Below are positions 31,748 through 32,000 of a DNA stretch of 32,000 bases, in pieces. The DNA is from Pseudidiomarina andamanensis (GTDB taxonomy: Bacteria; Pseudomonadota; Gammaproteobacteria; Enterobacterales; Alteromonadaceae). Under the pieces are notes generated by a model. It searched no databases, had not been told where the DNA came from, and was given only the letters and a program-made list of their open reading frames with translations. The translations under genes were made by a program, and so were the position numbers. The stretch is taken from NCBI RefSeq assembly GCF_009734345.1, contig NZ_CP032551.1:120001-152000 (forward strand). Reading direction: 5' to 3'. The stretch's first letter is position 1. Each line of letters opens with the position of its first letter.

Positions 31748-32000
31748 ATGAAAAAACTCTTGCTTGTAACTGCCATCGGTAGCGCGCTCAGCTTAGTTGG
31801 CTGTGGCAGCGGCGAAGATGCGCCAGAGTCGGTAAAAACCGAATATCAAGTCGCAGCAACTCGCGCAGTATTTGACCCGTCAAATGGCCAGGTGCCAGTA
31901 CCTAGCAACATTTTGTTGGGGGGTACTGTCGACGGTACACTCAATATTCCAGTGGCAGACCCAACGGACGGTGGTAACCCGCAAGTTGCAATAAATGGTC
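31748..32000 (+). CDS. lipoprotein, N-terminal 84 codons (possibly bacterial lipase N-terminal-domain family); continues past window end
   Basis: ATG at 31748, MKKLLLVTAIGSALSLVGCGSGE (lipobox LVGC). The following FDPSNGQVPVPSNILL...GTLNIP resembles the N-terminal region of VolA/Pla-1-type lipoprotein lipases. That assignment is weak. Confidence 0.45.
   Translation, partial: MKKLLLVTAIGSALSLVGCGSGEDAPESVKTEYQVAATRAVFDPSNGQVPVPSNILLGGTVDGTLNIPVADPTDGGNPQVAING

Overview
The window reads as a chromosomal, mostly housekeeping segment of a marine-type gammaproteobacterium. This taxonomic guess is an inference from gene content (a Na+-NQR operon with bolA and fabV upstream), and no database search was possible. 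About 35 genes are supported. They include ggt and a truncated zupT-like gene, tRNA-Ser(GGA), a PrpE-like acyl-CoA synthetase and an MscS channel. A bfd-bfr-bfr iron-storage cluster is followed by a CaCA antiporter with a DUF3429 gene, zntB, an Fe(III) ABC importer with a Fur-box candidate and a CPA1 antiporter. Next come a lipoprotein gene with bolA, fabV, and nqrABCDEF-apbE-nqrM. Directly after nqrM is a 715-aa three-domain protein (cysteine desulfurase, degenerate MBL-like domain, rhodanese). The minus strand then carries csoR-copA plus a BNR/Ycf48-like gene, a YciK-like SDR, and the start of a lipoprotein gene at the right edge. The window is rich in metal homeostasis genes (Zn, Fe, Cu, Ca). 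No CRISPR array, transposase, integrase or recognisable defence or toxin module was seen. Two things are not explained by ordinary annotation. (1) Four intergenic copies of a palindromic element have arms made of tandem 7-nt units, (GTTATTC)n on the left and (GAATAAC)n on the right. Two copies share a core of about 85 nt, and one copy carries a perfect 11-copy heptamer array. Each copy sits just upstream of a hand-predicted promoter. (2) The NifS-like / pseudo-persulfide-dioxygenase / rhodanese fusion appears to be co-transcribed with the NQR maturation genes. All protein calls rest on motif recognition and hand alignment from memory, and promoter and operator calls are hand predictions.
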